DNA from: an uncultured Nitrospiraceae bacterium
GTDB taxonomy: Bacteria; Nitrospirota; Thermodesulfovibrionia; Thermodesulfovibrionales; UBA6898
Direction of reading: 5' to 3'
Length of the DNA stretch: 64,000 bases
Assembly: GCA_963811165.1 (NCBI GenBank)
Contig: CAWEQH010000010.1
Location: 608,001-672,000 of the forward strand
Part shown: positions 16,725 through 25,697 of the stretch, one piece after another
How positions within the stretch are numbered: position 1 is the stretch's first letter
Layout: the number at the start of each line of letters is the position of its first letter
Made by a program: the position numbers and the translations under genes
Notes under the pieces: model-generated
The model's database searches: none
The model's input: only the letters and a program-made list of their open reading frames with translations
What the model was told of the DNA's origin: nothing

Positions 16725-17891
16725 CTATCGCTCCACGATCATCGCCAGGGCGTTTCCGCCGCCCAGGCACAGAGTTGCAAGTCCTCTTTTTAGGCCCCTG
16801 TATTTCAAGGCATAGAGGAGCGTGACAAGTATCCTTGCGCCGCTGCACCCTATGGGATGCCCCATCGCAACCGCGCCGCCGTTGACATTCATCTTTTCCC
16901 GCGGGATACCGAGTTCTCTTTCCACAACGATCGAGGCGGGGGAATACGCCTCGTTGTGTTCGACGAGGTCGATGTCGGAGATTGCAAAGGCCGTCTTTTG
17001 AAGCAATTTTCTCACCGTAGGAATCGGCGCTTCCATCACGTCCTCGGGCCTCGTCCCGCCGATCGCATAATCGATTATTCCGGCGAGCGGGGTGATACCA
17101 AGGTCCCGCGCCTTCCTTGCGGACATAACGACAACCGCGGCGGCGCCGTCGCTCAGCTTCGAACAATTTCCCGCGGTAAGGATGCCGTCTTTCTTGAATA
17201 CCGGTGCAAGTGCGGCAAGCCTTTCGGGTGTCGTGTCCCCTCTGACGCATTCGTCCTTGTCGACAAAAAAACCCTGTACCTCAACCGGGATGATCTCCTC
17301 CCCAAACCTTCCCTCTTTTGCCGCCTCAAAGGCCCTCTGATTACTCAGGAGGCTGAATTCATCCGCCTCCCTTCTCGTTATTCCGTATTTCATGGCGACC
17401 CTCTCGCCCGTCATCGCCATATGAAAATCATTATAGACATCCCATAGCCCGTCGTGAAGCATCGCGTCGACGGCGGATGTATGCCCTAACCTCGCGCCCC
17501 ACCTCAGGCTCCTTATCACAAATGGGGAGGCACTCATGTTCTCCATTCCTCCAGCAACGATCACATCCGCATCTCCGGCCTTAACCGCCTGGGCGGCCAG
17601 CATTACCGACTTCAGCCCGGAGCCGCAGACCTTATTCACCGTAAAGGACCCTATCTCTACCGGAAGCCCCGCGAATATCGCCGCCTGCCTCGCAGGGTTC
17701 TGTCCAAGGCCTGCGGATATTACGTTTCCCATTATCACTTCGTCGACTTCCCCAGTGCCTATACCGGCCCTTTTGAGCGCCTCTTGGATGACAACCGCTC
17801 CCAGACGCGGAGCAGGCACGTCCTTAAACCCCCGGCCAAACCTGCCGATGGCTGTCCTCGCCCCACTTGCGATAACGACTTCTTCAGCCAT
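16725..17891 (-). CDS. Acetyl-CoA C-acyltransferase (thiolase)
   Basis: NKVCGSG, GGMENMS, NEAY, GHPIGCSG, CLGGG. Confidence 0.95.
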   Translation of the reverse strand: MAEEVVIASGARTAIGRFGRGFKDVPAPRLGAVVIQEALKRAGIGTGEVDEVIMGNVISAGLGQNPARQAAIFAGLPVEIGSFTVNKVCGSGLKSVMLAAQAVKAGDADVIVAGGMENMSASPFVIRSLRWGARLGHTSAVDAMLHDGLWDVYNDFHMAMTGERVAMKYGITRREADEFSLLSNQRAFEAAKEGRFGEEIIPVEVQGFFVDKDECVRGDTTPERLAALAPVFKKDGILTAGNCSKLSDGAAAVVVMSARKARDLGITPLAGIIDYAIGGTRPEDVMEAPIPTVRKLLQKTAFAISDIDLVEHNEAYSPASIVVERELGIPREKMNVNGGAVAMGHPIGCSGARILVTLLYALKYRGLKRGLATLCLGGGNALAMIVER

Positions 17892-18025
17892 GTCCTCCCC
17901 CTAAAAATATTCTTTTTTCCGTGATATAGTGTTATCAGTCAAAGTATATCAGGATTTTTGAGGCTTTCCAGCCTGATGATTCCTCATGAGAGATTGCATC
18001 CGGCCGGAGGGAGTGTGTGGTGTCA

Positions 18026-18120
18026 GAGCGGGTTCTTTTTCCCCGATGAATATCGTGAGAAAAGCCCTCGGAGGTCCGTCTTGGACCGACCTGCCTGCCG
18101 GTAGGCAGGGAATGAACGAC
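18026..18120. repeat. Structured intergenic repeat, copy B, with inserted 20-nt palindrome
   Basis: Same scaffold as copy A plus CCTGCCTGCCGGTAGGCAGG at 18090-18109. Confidence 0.8.
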
Positions 18121-18175
18121 GACACTAGGCTCTCCCTCCTGAAAACAGTATAGATACGCAAACATTAGTAACGGG

Positions 18176-19384
18176 GTGAACGAGATGGATTTCGCATTTT
18201 CAGAAGAAGAGGAGCTTTTCAGACGGTCCATCAGAGATTTCTGTGACGAAAAGATCGCACCGCTCAGCCGCCAGATCGATGAAGGGGCATCGATCCCTCC
18301 TGAGATCATCAGTGCGATGGCCGGCGCCGGCCTGCTGGGGATAACGGTCTCTCCCAAATACGGCGGCCCTGCCGCAAATTTTATGAAGGCGGCGATTGCG
18401 GCCGAAGAGATCGCCAGGGCGGACACGAGCATGGCCCTCGCCGTCTACTATCTCGTTGAGGCGGGATGGGGATTTCTCCTTGAAAGGTACGGGACGGAAA
18501 GGGGAAAAGAAGAGATCCTTCCAGGCGTTGTAAAAGGGAGGACCTTCCTCGGCATTGCGTCGACCGAGGCCACCGGCGGCTCTGACATCGCCTCCACGTC
18601 TACGTCTATGCTCAGGAAAGAGGGCAAGCTTATCGTAAACGGCACAAAGACTTTCATAAGCGGGGTGCGGGAGGCCGCCGAATATGGAGGAGGTTTTGTG
18701 ACGATCGTAAAGACAGGTCCTTCCTCGGGGCATGGAGGCCTTTCGCTTTGCTACCTCCCGATAAAAAACACTCCGGGAGTTACCGTCAGCGCTTCGCGGC
18801 AGATGGGCCGGGAGGGTATATCAAACGGTTTCATTAAGATCAGTGACGCCTCGATACCAGAACATTATCTAATCGGCGAGTGGAACAAGGGGTTCTCCCA
18901 TGCGATGGAGGGTTTCAATTGTGCGCGCACGCTCGTCGCGGCCGCCTGCATGGGAGCTGCGGAAAAAACGCTGGAATCCGGGATCGATCATATAAAGCGA
19001 AGAAAGGTCTTCGGGATGCCGATAGGAAAGTTCGAGGGGATACAATTCCAGTTGGCGGAGGACTACGCAAGACTTGAGTCGGCAAAGATGCATGTGTACA
19101 AGGCCGCATGGATGCTCGACCGCTTTTACCGCGACAACAGGTTCAGTCATAGTGAGATAAACAAAGCGGTGGCGGTCGCGAAGCTGACGGCGCCGCCGAC
19201 CGCCTTCGAGATAATCAGGGACGTAATGGTGTGGCACGGCGCTTACGGCTATACAAAAGAGGCCGGCCTCGAAAAGGGCCTTCGGGGGGTGACCTCATAT
19301 CTGGTCGGGGCCGAAGGCACAATGAATATCATGAAGATCATTATCGGAAAGGAGTTGCTTGGGAAGGAATTCTGGCCGATATGA
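18176..19384 (+). CDS. Acyl-CoA dehydrogenase (divergently transcribed)
   Basis: MDFAFSEEEE, STEATGGSD, NGTKTFIS, FEGIQFQLA, HGAYGY, GAEGT. Confidence 0.9.
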   Translation: MNEMDFAFSEEEELFRRSIRDFCDEKIAPLSRQIDEGASIPPEIISAMAGAGLLGITVSPKYGGPAANFMKAAIAAEEIARADTSMALAVYYLVEAGWGFLLERYGTERGKEEILPGVVKGRTFLGIASTEATGGSDIASTSTSMLRKEGKLIVNGTKTFISGVREAAEYGGGFVTIVKTGPSSGHGGLSLCYLPIKNTPGVTVSASRQMGREGISNGFIKISDASIPEHYLIGEWNKGFSHAMEGFNCARTLVAAACMGAAEKTLESGIDHIKRRKVFGMPIGKFEGIQFQLAEDYARLESAKMHVYKAAWMLDRFYRDNRFSHSEINKAVAVAKLTAPPTAFEIIRDVMVWHGAYGYTKEAGLEKGLRGVTSYLVGAEGTMNIMKIIIGKELLGKEFWPI

Positions 19385-19403
19385 TATTTGGCCCGGGAAC
19401 TGC

Positions 19404-20897
19404 TCACTTCTTTGCTTCCCCCGTTGCCGGCAAAGTGAAATAAAACGCGGCCCCTTCCCCGACCTTCCCCTCGGCCCATAGGCGGCCGCCGTGACGTGTG
19501 ATAATGCGATGTACTATCGAAAGCCCTATGCCCGTCCCTTCGAAATCATGCGGACTGTGGGCACGCTGAAATACATCGAATAGCTTTTCTGCAAGTTTCA
19601 TGTCGAACCCAACGCCGTTGTCTTTTACGCAATATTCGACCCATTCCCCTTCGCTTCTGCTTTGGACCTCTATCAGGGCCTTTTCTTTCGGCCGTGTGAA
19701 CTTCATCGCATTGGAAAGAAGGTTTACGATGACCTGCCTTATCAGGACACGGTCGACATATACGCGGAGAAGTCGCGTCATTTTCAACTCCACAATGCGC
19801 CCACGGGTCCCGGCCTTGAGCTCCTCGAACACGGCCTCCACCAGACCCCCCATGTCCACTTCTTCGAACTTCATCGCTTGGCGGCCAAATCGCGAGAAGG
19901 CGAGAAGGTCATTTATGAGGTCCTCCATCTTCCCTACGTTCGTCTGTATTGACTCCAGCATCTCCCTTCCCCTTGTGTCGAGGACGCCGGAATAATTCTT
20001 TATAAGTCTCCCGGCAAAACCACCTATCGTAATAAGCGGCGCCCTAAGGTCATGGGAAACAGAATGGCCGAAGGCGTCAAGTTCTTTGTTCGCCCCTATG
20101 AGCTCCTTCACCCGCTGTTGAAGTTCCATGTTGAGTTTTTTTATCTCCTCCCCGGCGCGCTTCCGCTCGGTGATGTCCCGCGTGATGTTGATGACGCAGG
20201 TCTCACCATCGAGTTCTATCAATTCGGCGGACCTTAGAAATATGCGGACCTCCCCGGACTTCAGACGAAACTTCGCTTCGTGGTTTCTCAGCTCTCTCTT
20301 TTCGCGCATCAACTCGACCACCCGTCTTCTTTCCCCCGGATCGACCCAGAGGCCGAGTTCGGCCGATGTCTTGCCGATGACCTCGTTGCGGGAATATCCG
20401 GTGATCTTAAGGAATGCATCGTTCACTTCGATAAGACGGCCGTCTTCAAGCGCGCTTATCGCGATCCAGTCAGGGCTCGATCTGAAGATCTTCGAAAACT
20501 TCTCCTCTGACCGGCGTAACGACTCTTCTGCCTTCTTGTAGGCGGTAACGTCCCTTATGATGCCCTGATATCCGATTATCCCCCCTTCGGACGACCTTCT
20601 CGCTGTCGAGGTGATGATGCAGATTATTCTGGTCCCGTCTTTTCTCAGAAGCGGTACCTCAAAATCCTTCACGGCGCCGGTGGCTTCTATCTCACGCTGG
20701 AACCTCTCCCGATCATACGGGGCCGCATAGAGCGCGCGAATATCCATCCCCATTATTTCTTCGCGCGGATAGCCGAAAAGCTCGACCCCGGCTTTGTTGA
20801 TAGAAAGGATATTACCTTCAAAAGAGGATACATAAACCGCGTCCATCGAATCCTCGAAGAGATCGCGGTAACAGGTATCTCCGAACTGCTCCTGCAT
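19404..20897 (-). CDS. PAS-PAS sensor histidine kinase
   Basis: Two PAS; SVSHDLRAPL; NLLSNAMKF; DNGVGF; GTGIGL. Confidence 0.92.
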   Translation of the reverse strand: MQEQFGDTCYRDLFEDSMDAVYVSSFEGNILSINKAGVELFGYPREEIMGMDIRALYAAPYDRERFQREIEATGAVKDFEVPLLRKDGTRIICIITSTARRSSEGGIIGYQGIIRDVTAYKKAEESLRRSEEKFSKIFRSSPDWIAISALEDGRLIEVNDAFLKITGYSRNEVIGKTSAELGLWVDPGERRRVVELMREKRELRNHEAKFRLKSGEVRIFLRSAELIELDGETCVINITRDITERKRAGEEIKKLNMELQQRVKELIGANKELDAFGHSVSHDLRAPLITIGGFAGRLIKNYSGVLDTRGREMLESIQTNVGKMEDLINDLLAFSRFGRQAMKFEEVDMGGLVEAVFEELKAGTRGRIVELKMTRLLRVYVDRVLIRQVIVNLLSNAMKFTRPKEKALIEVQSRSEGEWVEYCVKDNGVGFDMKLAEKLFDVFQRAHSPHDFEGTGIGLSIVHRIITRHGGRLWAEGKVGEGAAFYFTLPATGEAKK

Positions 20898-20911
20898 GCC
20901 GTTAGTGCGGG

Positions 20912-21160
20912 CTAATACCCGTCGCTCTCTTCCTCCGGGACTGCCGGGGATGCCGTCTCTTCCTCTATCTCAGAGAGCGCCTTTTTCACCTCTTCCTCGG
21001 TGCTTCTCAACCGGCTCCTGCAAAACTTGACCAACTGCGCGGCCCTTTTGACCTTTTCCGAGAGGACATCAAGGTCGGCATCCTCCGACTCTATCTCGCT
21101 TATGATCTTTTCAAGCTCACTCAAGGCCCGGGAGTAAGATATCTGTTTGCCTTTGCTCAC
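20912..21160 (-). CDS. xseB: Exodeoxyribonuclease VII small subunit
   Basis: SY..AL.ELEKII.EIE....L......L...E; directly downstream of xseA. Confidence 0.88.
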   Translation of the reverse strand: MSKGKQISYSRALSELEKIISEIESEDADLDVLSEKVKRAAQLVKFCRSRLRSTEEEVKKALSEIEEETASPAVPEEESDGY

Positions 21161-22424
21161 CTTTGACTGTCTCCTTTCTGTCCTGGACTATACTGGTGAC
21201 GTCCCCGTTTGAGAGTTGCGTCTCTATGACCGCCCACTTCTTAAGGGCCTCGGCGCTCTTGAGGACCTTACCCTTATGCCGCGTAATACTGTAGCCTCTC
21301 TTAAGCACATTCGCCGGATCGAGGTGCTTCAACGCCTGCTGCATCGCGCTTGTCCTGTGTTCCCCTTTCACAAGTAGCCGCAGCGCCCTGCTCTCAAGGT
21401 CACTCCGCACCGCCGCGAGTTTATTCTTATGGGCCGCCGCGATCCGAAGCGAAATATAAGATACGCTCTTCATAAGGGAATCGAATGTATGTCTCCCATC
21501 TTTCACCAACCTCTCGGCCTGTTTGCGGACCCGGTCGAGCACGTTCATGACATTCTCCTCGTAACTCCTCAGTCCCGATATCAGGAATTCGGCCACTGCC
21601 GTCGGCGTCTTTAATTTCGTATGTGCGACCATATCTACGACCGTATCATCCTTTTCATGTCCTATACCCGTGATTACAGGCAGGGGAAACCTGGCGGTCT
21701 GAGAAGCGAGTTCATAGCCGTCGAAGCAGTTGAGGTCTATGACCGACCCCCCTCCCCTTATGATTACGACTACGTCGAAGAGTCCCTTCTTTTTTCTTAT
21801 CTGATCAAGGGCAGAAATGATCGAGCTTTCGGCCTCCTGTCCCTGCATCATAGCGGGAAAAAGCATATGAGTGAACTTATAGCCGTAGAGGTTATTGTCG
21901 AGCTGTGTAAAAAAGTCGCCGTATCCCGCGGCCGTGGGAGACGAGATCACCGCGGCCCTCTGCGGAACAAGCGGCAGGGGCAACGACTTATTGAACTCCA
22001 TCACCCCCTCTTTCCTGAGGCGGTCGATGACCTCCTTCTTCTTCCTTGCCATTTCGCCCATCGTGTAGGCAGGATCGATGTCCCTGATGTTGAGGCTTAG
22101 CCCATAGACCTCGTGGAAAGTAACTTCAACCATCAGGAGCACCTTCATCCCGGCTTTCAGCGGCTCTTGAGCGGTCTTTTCGAATTTATTGCCGAGCTTC
22201 CTGTACTCGTAGGCCCATATCGTGGCCTTTATCTGGGCAGTGGTTTTTGTGTCCTCTTTCTCGACGAGTTCGAGATAACAGTGGCCCTTCTGGTTGCACT
22301 TAAGTTCGGCGATCTCCGCAGCCACCCAGCAGGCCCCGGGAAAGACATCGCTGATCGCGGACTTTATGACGGAATTCAGTTCAAAGAGGGTAAAATAGGT
22401 TCTTTCGGCAGACTTTTTCTCCAT
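21117..22424 (-). CDS. xseA: Exodeoxyribonuclease VII large subunit
   Basis: OB fold GHCYLEL, VISSPTAAG, IIRGGGS, TGIGHE.D, KTPTAVA, LKRGYSI. Confidence 0.95.
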   Translation of the reverse strand: MEKKSAERTYFTLFELNSVIKSAISDVFPGACWVAAEIAELKCNQKGHCYLELVEKEDTKTTAQIKATIWAYEYRKLGNKFEKTAQEPLKAGMKVLLMVEVTFHEVYGLSLNIRDIDPAYTMGEMARKKKEVIDRLRKEGVMEFNKSLPLPLVPQRAAVISSPTAAGYGDFFTQLDNNLYGYKFTHMLFPAMMQGQEAESSIISALDQIRKKKGLFDVVVIIRGGGSVIDLNCFDGYELASQTARFPLPVITGIGHEKDDTVVDMVAHTKLKTPTAVAEFLISGLRSYEENVMNVLDRVRKQAERLVKDGRHTFDSLMKSVSYISLRIAAAHKNKLAAVRSDLESRALRLLVKGEHRTSAMQQALKHLDPANVLKRGYSITRHKGKVLKSAEALKKWAVIETQLSNGDVTSIVQDRKETVKGEQRQTDILLPGLE

Positions 22425-22488
22425 CTGTCTCCAATTATACCCGAAATTAGTTTGCGTTTTTCAAAAAGTCGTATAAGATATTCGCATT

Positions 22489-23274
22489 ATGGTTTTTCCG
22501 GTTAAGAAATTGCGCTCTATCTGTTTCTCACTCCTGTGCGCGTCAGTCGTGCTCGCAGCTTCTCAATCCGCGGGAAGCGATGGCGCGGTCTCCGGCAGAG
22601 ACGGCGCAAAGATGGTCCTTGTGCCGGAAGGCGAGTTCACCATGGGACTGAAAAAAAGCGAACCGCTGAGCGAAAAAAACCCGTTAAAGAAAGTCTATCT
22701 CAAGTCATTTTATATTGACCTGTATGAGGTCACGAACGTCCTTTATCACGGTTGCGTGAATGCCGGAGGTTGCAGTGACCCCTCCTGGAACACCGATTAT
22801 CCCGCTACGGTCCATGAAGAGGGCAAGAGATGGTATACCGCAAAGGAGATGGCCGACTATCCGGTAGTGGGGCTGACCTGGAGGCAGTCGGTTGAATACT
22901 GCAGATGGGCGGGAAAGAGATTGCCTTCGAATGCCGAATGGGAAAAGGCGGCGCGCGGTACAGACGGCCGGATGTATCCGTGGGGAGACGAATGGGACGG
23001 CAAAAAGGCCAACTGGGATGAAGGCGGGAAGATCGACGGCTTCAAAAAAATTGCGCCTGTCGGGAGCTTCCCGGAAGGAAGATCACCATATGGCGTAATG
23101 GACATGGCGGGCAACGTGAGGGAATGGACCGACGATCTCGTCCTTAAAGGAGGTTCATGGTATAGCCGGCCCTTAAGCCTTCGCGCGGGCGACCCGGGGC
23201 ACGAATATATTGTTGAACGGGATGACGACATGGGCTTCAGATGCGCAATGGACGCGGAACAGACCCGAAGGTAA
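22489..23274 (+). CDS. Secreted FGE-sulfatase (SUMF1) domain protein
   Basis: Signal peptide; FYID.YEVTN, KRLPS.AEWEKAARG, DMAGNVREW, GFRC. Confidence 0.9.
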   Translation: MVFPVKKLRSICFSLLCASVVLAASQSAGSDGAVSGRDGAKMVLVPEGEFTMGLKKSEPLSEKNPLKKVYLKSFYIDLYEVTNVLYHGCVNAGGCSDPSWNTDYPATVHEEGKRWYTAKEMADYPVVGLTWRQSVEYCRWAGKRLPSNAEWEKAARGTDGRMYPWGDEWDGKKANWDEGGKIDGFKKIAPVGSFPEGRSPYGVMDMAGNVREWTDDLVLKGGSWYSRPLSLRAGDPGHEYIVERDDDMGFRCAMDAEQTRR

Positions 23275-23314
23275 AATTTTCCTTGCTCCGGAGGAAAAAG
23301 TTTCAGTGAGTTCA

Positions 23315-23350
23315 AGAAGAGGGAGAAGCCCTGCTTCTTCTCCCTCTTCT
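23315..23350. terminator. Hairpin between convergent genes
   Basis: AGAAGAGGGAGAAG / CTTCTCCCTCTTCT 14-bp stem. Confidence 0.6.
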
Positions 23351-23366
23351 CAGTCATTTCTTTTTT

Positions 23367-23885
23367 TTAATGCGCCTTTTTTCCGTGAAAGCGGGGATGC
23401 TTTCTCAGGTTTGTTTTAAATTTCTGCCGCTGCTCAGGAGTCAATGTTGCTTTGATCTCCTCCATCGCTTTGATGCGGGACATGTGGAGATCTGTTCTTA
23501 GAGATTCCATCTGTTTGAGTTTGGCCTCAACAGCACCCATATCAACCGGGTCCTTATCAAGGACCTCCCTGAGTTCTATCCTTGCGATCTTGATGTCCGC
23601 CGCTTTTCTAATCGCGTCTTTCCGTGCGTTGTTCCTTATGTCTTTGATAGTCTTTTTCTGGTTTTCATCGAGGCCCAGATCGGAAAGAGCCTTCCATATG
23701 CGGCGATCGGCCTTCATCATCCACATCCCGTGATGCCCCATCTGTCCCATCATGGGCATGCCTTCTTCATGCCAGGCCTTCTCACCCTTTACGCCCCCGC
23801 ACCCCTTCGCGGCATATGAATGGCCTGACGTAAAACCAATTAACAATAAGCCCAACAACATCCCAACCACAACTCTTTTCATCAC
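23367..23885 (-). CDS. Spy/CpxP-family periplasmic protein
   Basis: Signal peptide, His/Met-rich linker, LGLDENQ and LTPEQR motifs. Confidence 0.85.
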   Translation of the reverse strand: MMKRVVVGMLLGLLLIGFTSGHSYAAKGCGGVKGEKAWHEEGMPMMGQMGHHGMWMMKADRRIWKALSDLGLDENQKKTIKDIRNNARKDAIRKAADIKIARIELREVLDKDPVDMGAVEAKLKQMESLRTDLHMSRIKAMEEIKATLTPEQRQKFKTNLRKHPRFHGKKAH

Positions 23886-23964
23886 AACCTCCGTTTACTT
23901 TTATTAGGGCCGACATCCCGAAACGCGTTCCCGCGTCGGTAACTATGAGGCTCCTTACCCCTAG

Positions 23965-23992
23965 AGACGATTTCGTCAAAGATATGGTTACA
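23965..23992 (-). promoter_or_regulatory. ECF sigma promoter upstream of the Spy/CpxP gene
   Basis: TGTAACCA-N14-TCGTCT, same boxes and spacing as 25590-25617. Confidence 0.75.
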
Positions 23993-24169
23993 GAAAAGAA
24001 ATGCGCAACGGTACGGGATTTTATTTAGCGGTATGAATGATTATTAATGAGGGCAAGGCAAAGTGCTGATGCCGAAATTTTCGTGAGAAATCAGAATAAT
24101 GATTCCTGATGCCGTCCGGTCCCCAAAGGGCAGAAGCCGGACATCATGGCGTCACAGATCTTATGCATG

Positions 24170-24574
24170 TCATCTCTCTTTTTCCTCGTTCTCATGTCTC
24201 TTCCTGCGTTCCAAAATGATCTGGTCGTATTTCTCCAACTGGTCCGGTCTGAGGATCTGCCGTATTTTGGCCTGAGACCTGGAGAGGACCTCTTCGATCT
24301 CCGGCCTGATCTTCTTGCGAACGGCCTTCATTTCAGCATGGGTCTCCCTTGCTATTGCCCGTATCTGCTGCAGCTGGGCATCGTCAAGATGAAGTTTGCT
24401 GTTTAACCTCTGGATCATGAACTCCCTCATCGCCTTTGGTTCATCCCTGATTATGTTTTCCATTTTCTGCCGGTATATGGTGTGAGTAACGATGGCGCCC
24501 GACAATGCACCGAGCACAAAAACCAGGAGCACGCTAATAATCGTTTTCCATTGTTTCATCTCATTCACCCGCAA
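24170..24574 (-). CDS. Membrane-anchored periplasmic heavy-metal-sensor-like protein
   Basis: TM helix, LHLDDAQ and LRPDQ repeats; third gene of the ECF operon. Confidence 0.75.
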   Translation of the reverse strand: MRVNEMKQWKTIISVLLVFVLGALSGAIVTHTIYRQKMENIIRDEPKAMREFMIQRLNSKLHLDDAQLQQIRAIARETHAEMKAVRKKIRPEIEEVLSRSQAKIRQILRPDQLEKYDQIILERRKRHENEEKER

Positions 24575-24872
24575 GATACGTCACAATCACCGCATCATCA
24601 TTGCCGATGCCCGCACCCGAAATCATATCACCGGCATGCGGGGGCTCAAAAGAGGAAATCCATAGAGCCAGGCATATTACTATCGAGACAAAAAAAGGCA
24701 TCAGCCTCCAGGCCCATAACAGAAACAAACTGTTTTCCCTGCGCTTTTCCAGAATCCTGGCAATAACTCTCGTCTCAAAGCCGTACTCTCTTTTTTCTTT
24801 ATAAAGCTCGGCCTTTCGGGCGGCAGCAAACAAGTCGTCAAGGTTATCGTCTTTCGGATCGGCCCTCATCAC
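24561..24872 (-). CDS. Putative anti-sigma factor
   Basis: GFETRVIARI plus single TM, overlapping the ECF sigma gene. Confidence 0.7.
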   Translation of the reverse strand: MMRADPKDDNLDDLFAAARKAELYKEKREYGFETRVIARILEKRRENSLFLLWAWRLMPFFVSIVICLALWISSFEPPHAGDMISGAGIGNDDAVIVTYLAGE

Positions 24873-25461
24873 TGTCCTCCAATATTTTTTTGAGTTCTTT
24901 TCTTGCTCTGAATGCCCGCACTTTCACCTTCGCCTCACTCCATCCTGTCAGCGCTGATACTTCACGTACTGATTTTTCTTCCAGGTTAAGCAAGGTAATT
25001 ACCAGACGGTCCTCCGGACGAAGCCCCGTCATTGCACGCCGCAGTATGTCCCAGGCCTCGCTGCTTCGCCTTTCCTGAGTTTCGGGGCTGCTCAGCGAAA
25101 ATTCAACCGTCTCAAGCGGGACCTTATCGGCATCCCGCTGCCTTTTCCTAAGCATGTCATAGCATGCGTTGACGGCCAGCTTTGACAGCCAGTGTTCCAG
25201 GGGGGCCTCTCCCCGATACTTGTGTAAGCCCTGATACATCTTGACAAATATCTCCTGGCTGATATCGTCCAATTCATCTTCGTTCCTTGCAAATTTTGCC
25301 ACAATCGAAAAAATTTTTCGCTTATGCCGCCTGACCAGTTCAGTGAATGCCTCATCGTCGCCCGAAAGGACCGCTTTTATAAGACGCCCGTCGCCCGATG
25401 TTTCTTCCGCGTCAATCATCTCACCCAAATCCGCCGCCTCTTTTTCTTGGTCCGATATCAT
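24844..25461 (-). CDS. ECF RNA polymerase sigma factor (start uncertain)
   Basis: GDDEAF.ELV, DDISQEIF, WL.KLAVN.CYD, S..EVS..TGWS..KVKVRAFRAR. Confidence 0.92.
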   Translation of the reverse strand: MISDQEKEAADLGEMIDAEETSGDGRLIKAVLSGDDEAFTELVRRHKRKIFSIVAKFARNEDELDDISQEIFVKMYQGLHKYRGEAPLEHWLSKLAVNACYDMLRKRQRDADKVPLETVEFSLSSPETQERRSSEAWDILRRAMTGLRPEDRLVITLLNLEEKSVREVSALTGWSEAKVKVRAFRARKELKKILEDSDEGRSERR

Positions 25462-25589
25462 GGTCGGAAAACGCGCAATAGCACTTTTTATTATGTCATA
25501 TTCCCCTGCCCTAAAGTGCCATGCTGGGTCCAAAGTCAATAGATAGCGCATCTTGTCATACCTTCTCCGGGATGTGTTATTATTTCAAT

Positions 25590-25617
25590 AGACGACTTAA
25601 GAGGGCCGCTGGTTACA
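25590..25617 (-). promoter_or_regulatory. ECF sigma autoregulatory promoter
   Basis: TGTAACCA-N14-TCGTCT upstream of the sigma gene. Confidence 0.75.
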
Positions 25618-25697
25618 GGAATCGCAGCAGGGTGATTTCACCCAAACGGCAATAGGGCCGCCCCCAAGGAAGCAGGCCGTACAGATACGCCCTTAGC

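Noticed and set aside
16722..17250. N-terminal extension of the 565-aa acyl-CoA dehydrogenase ORF
   Set aside because: Alternative frame inside the thiolase gene; the real start is most likely ATG 16722
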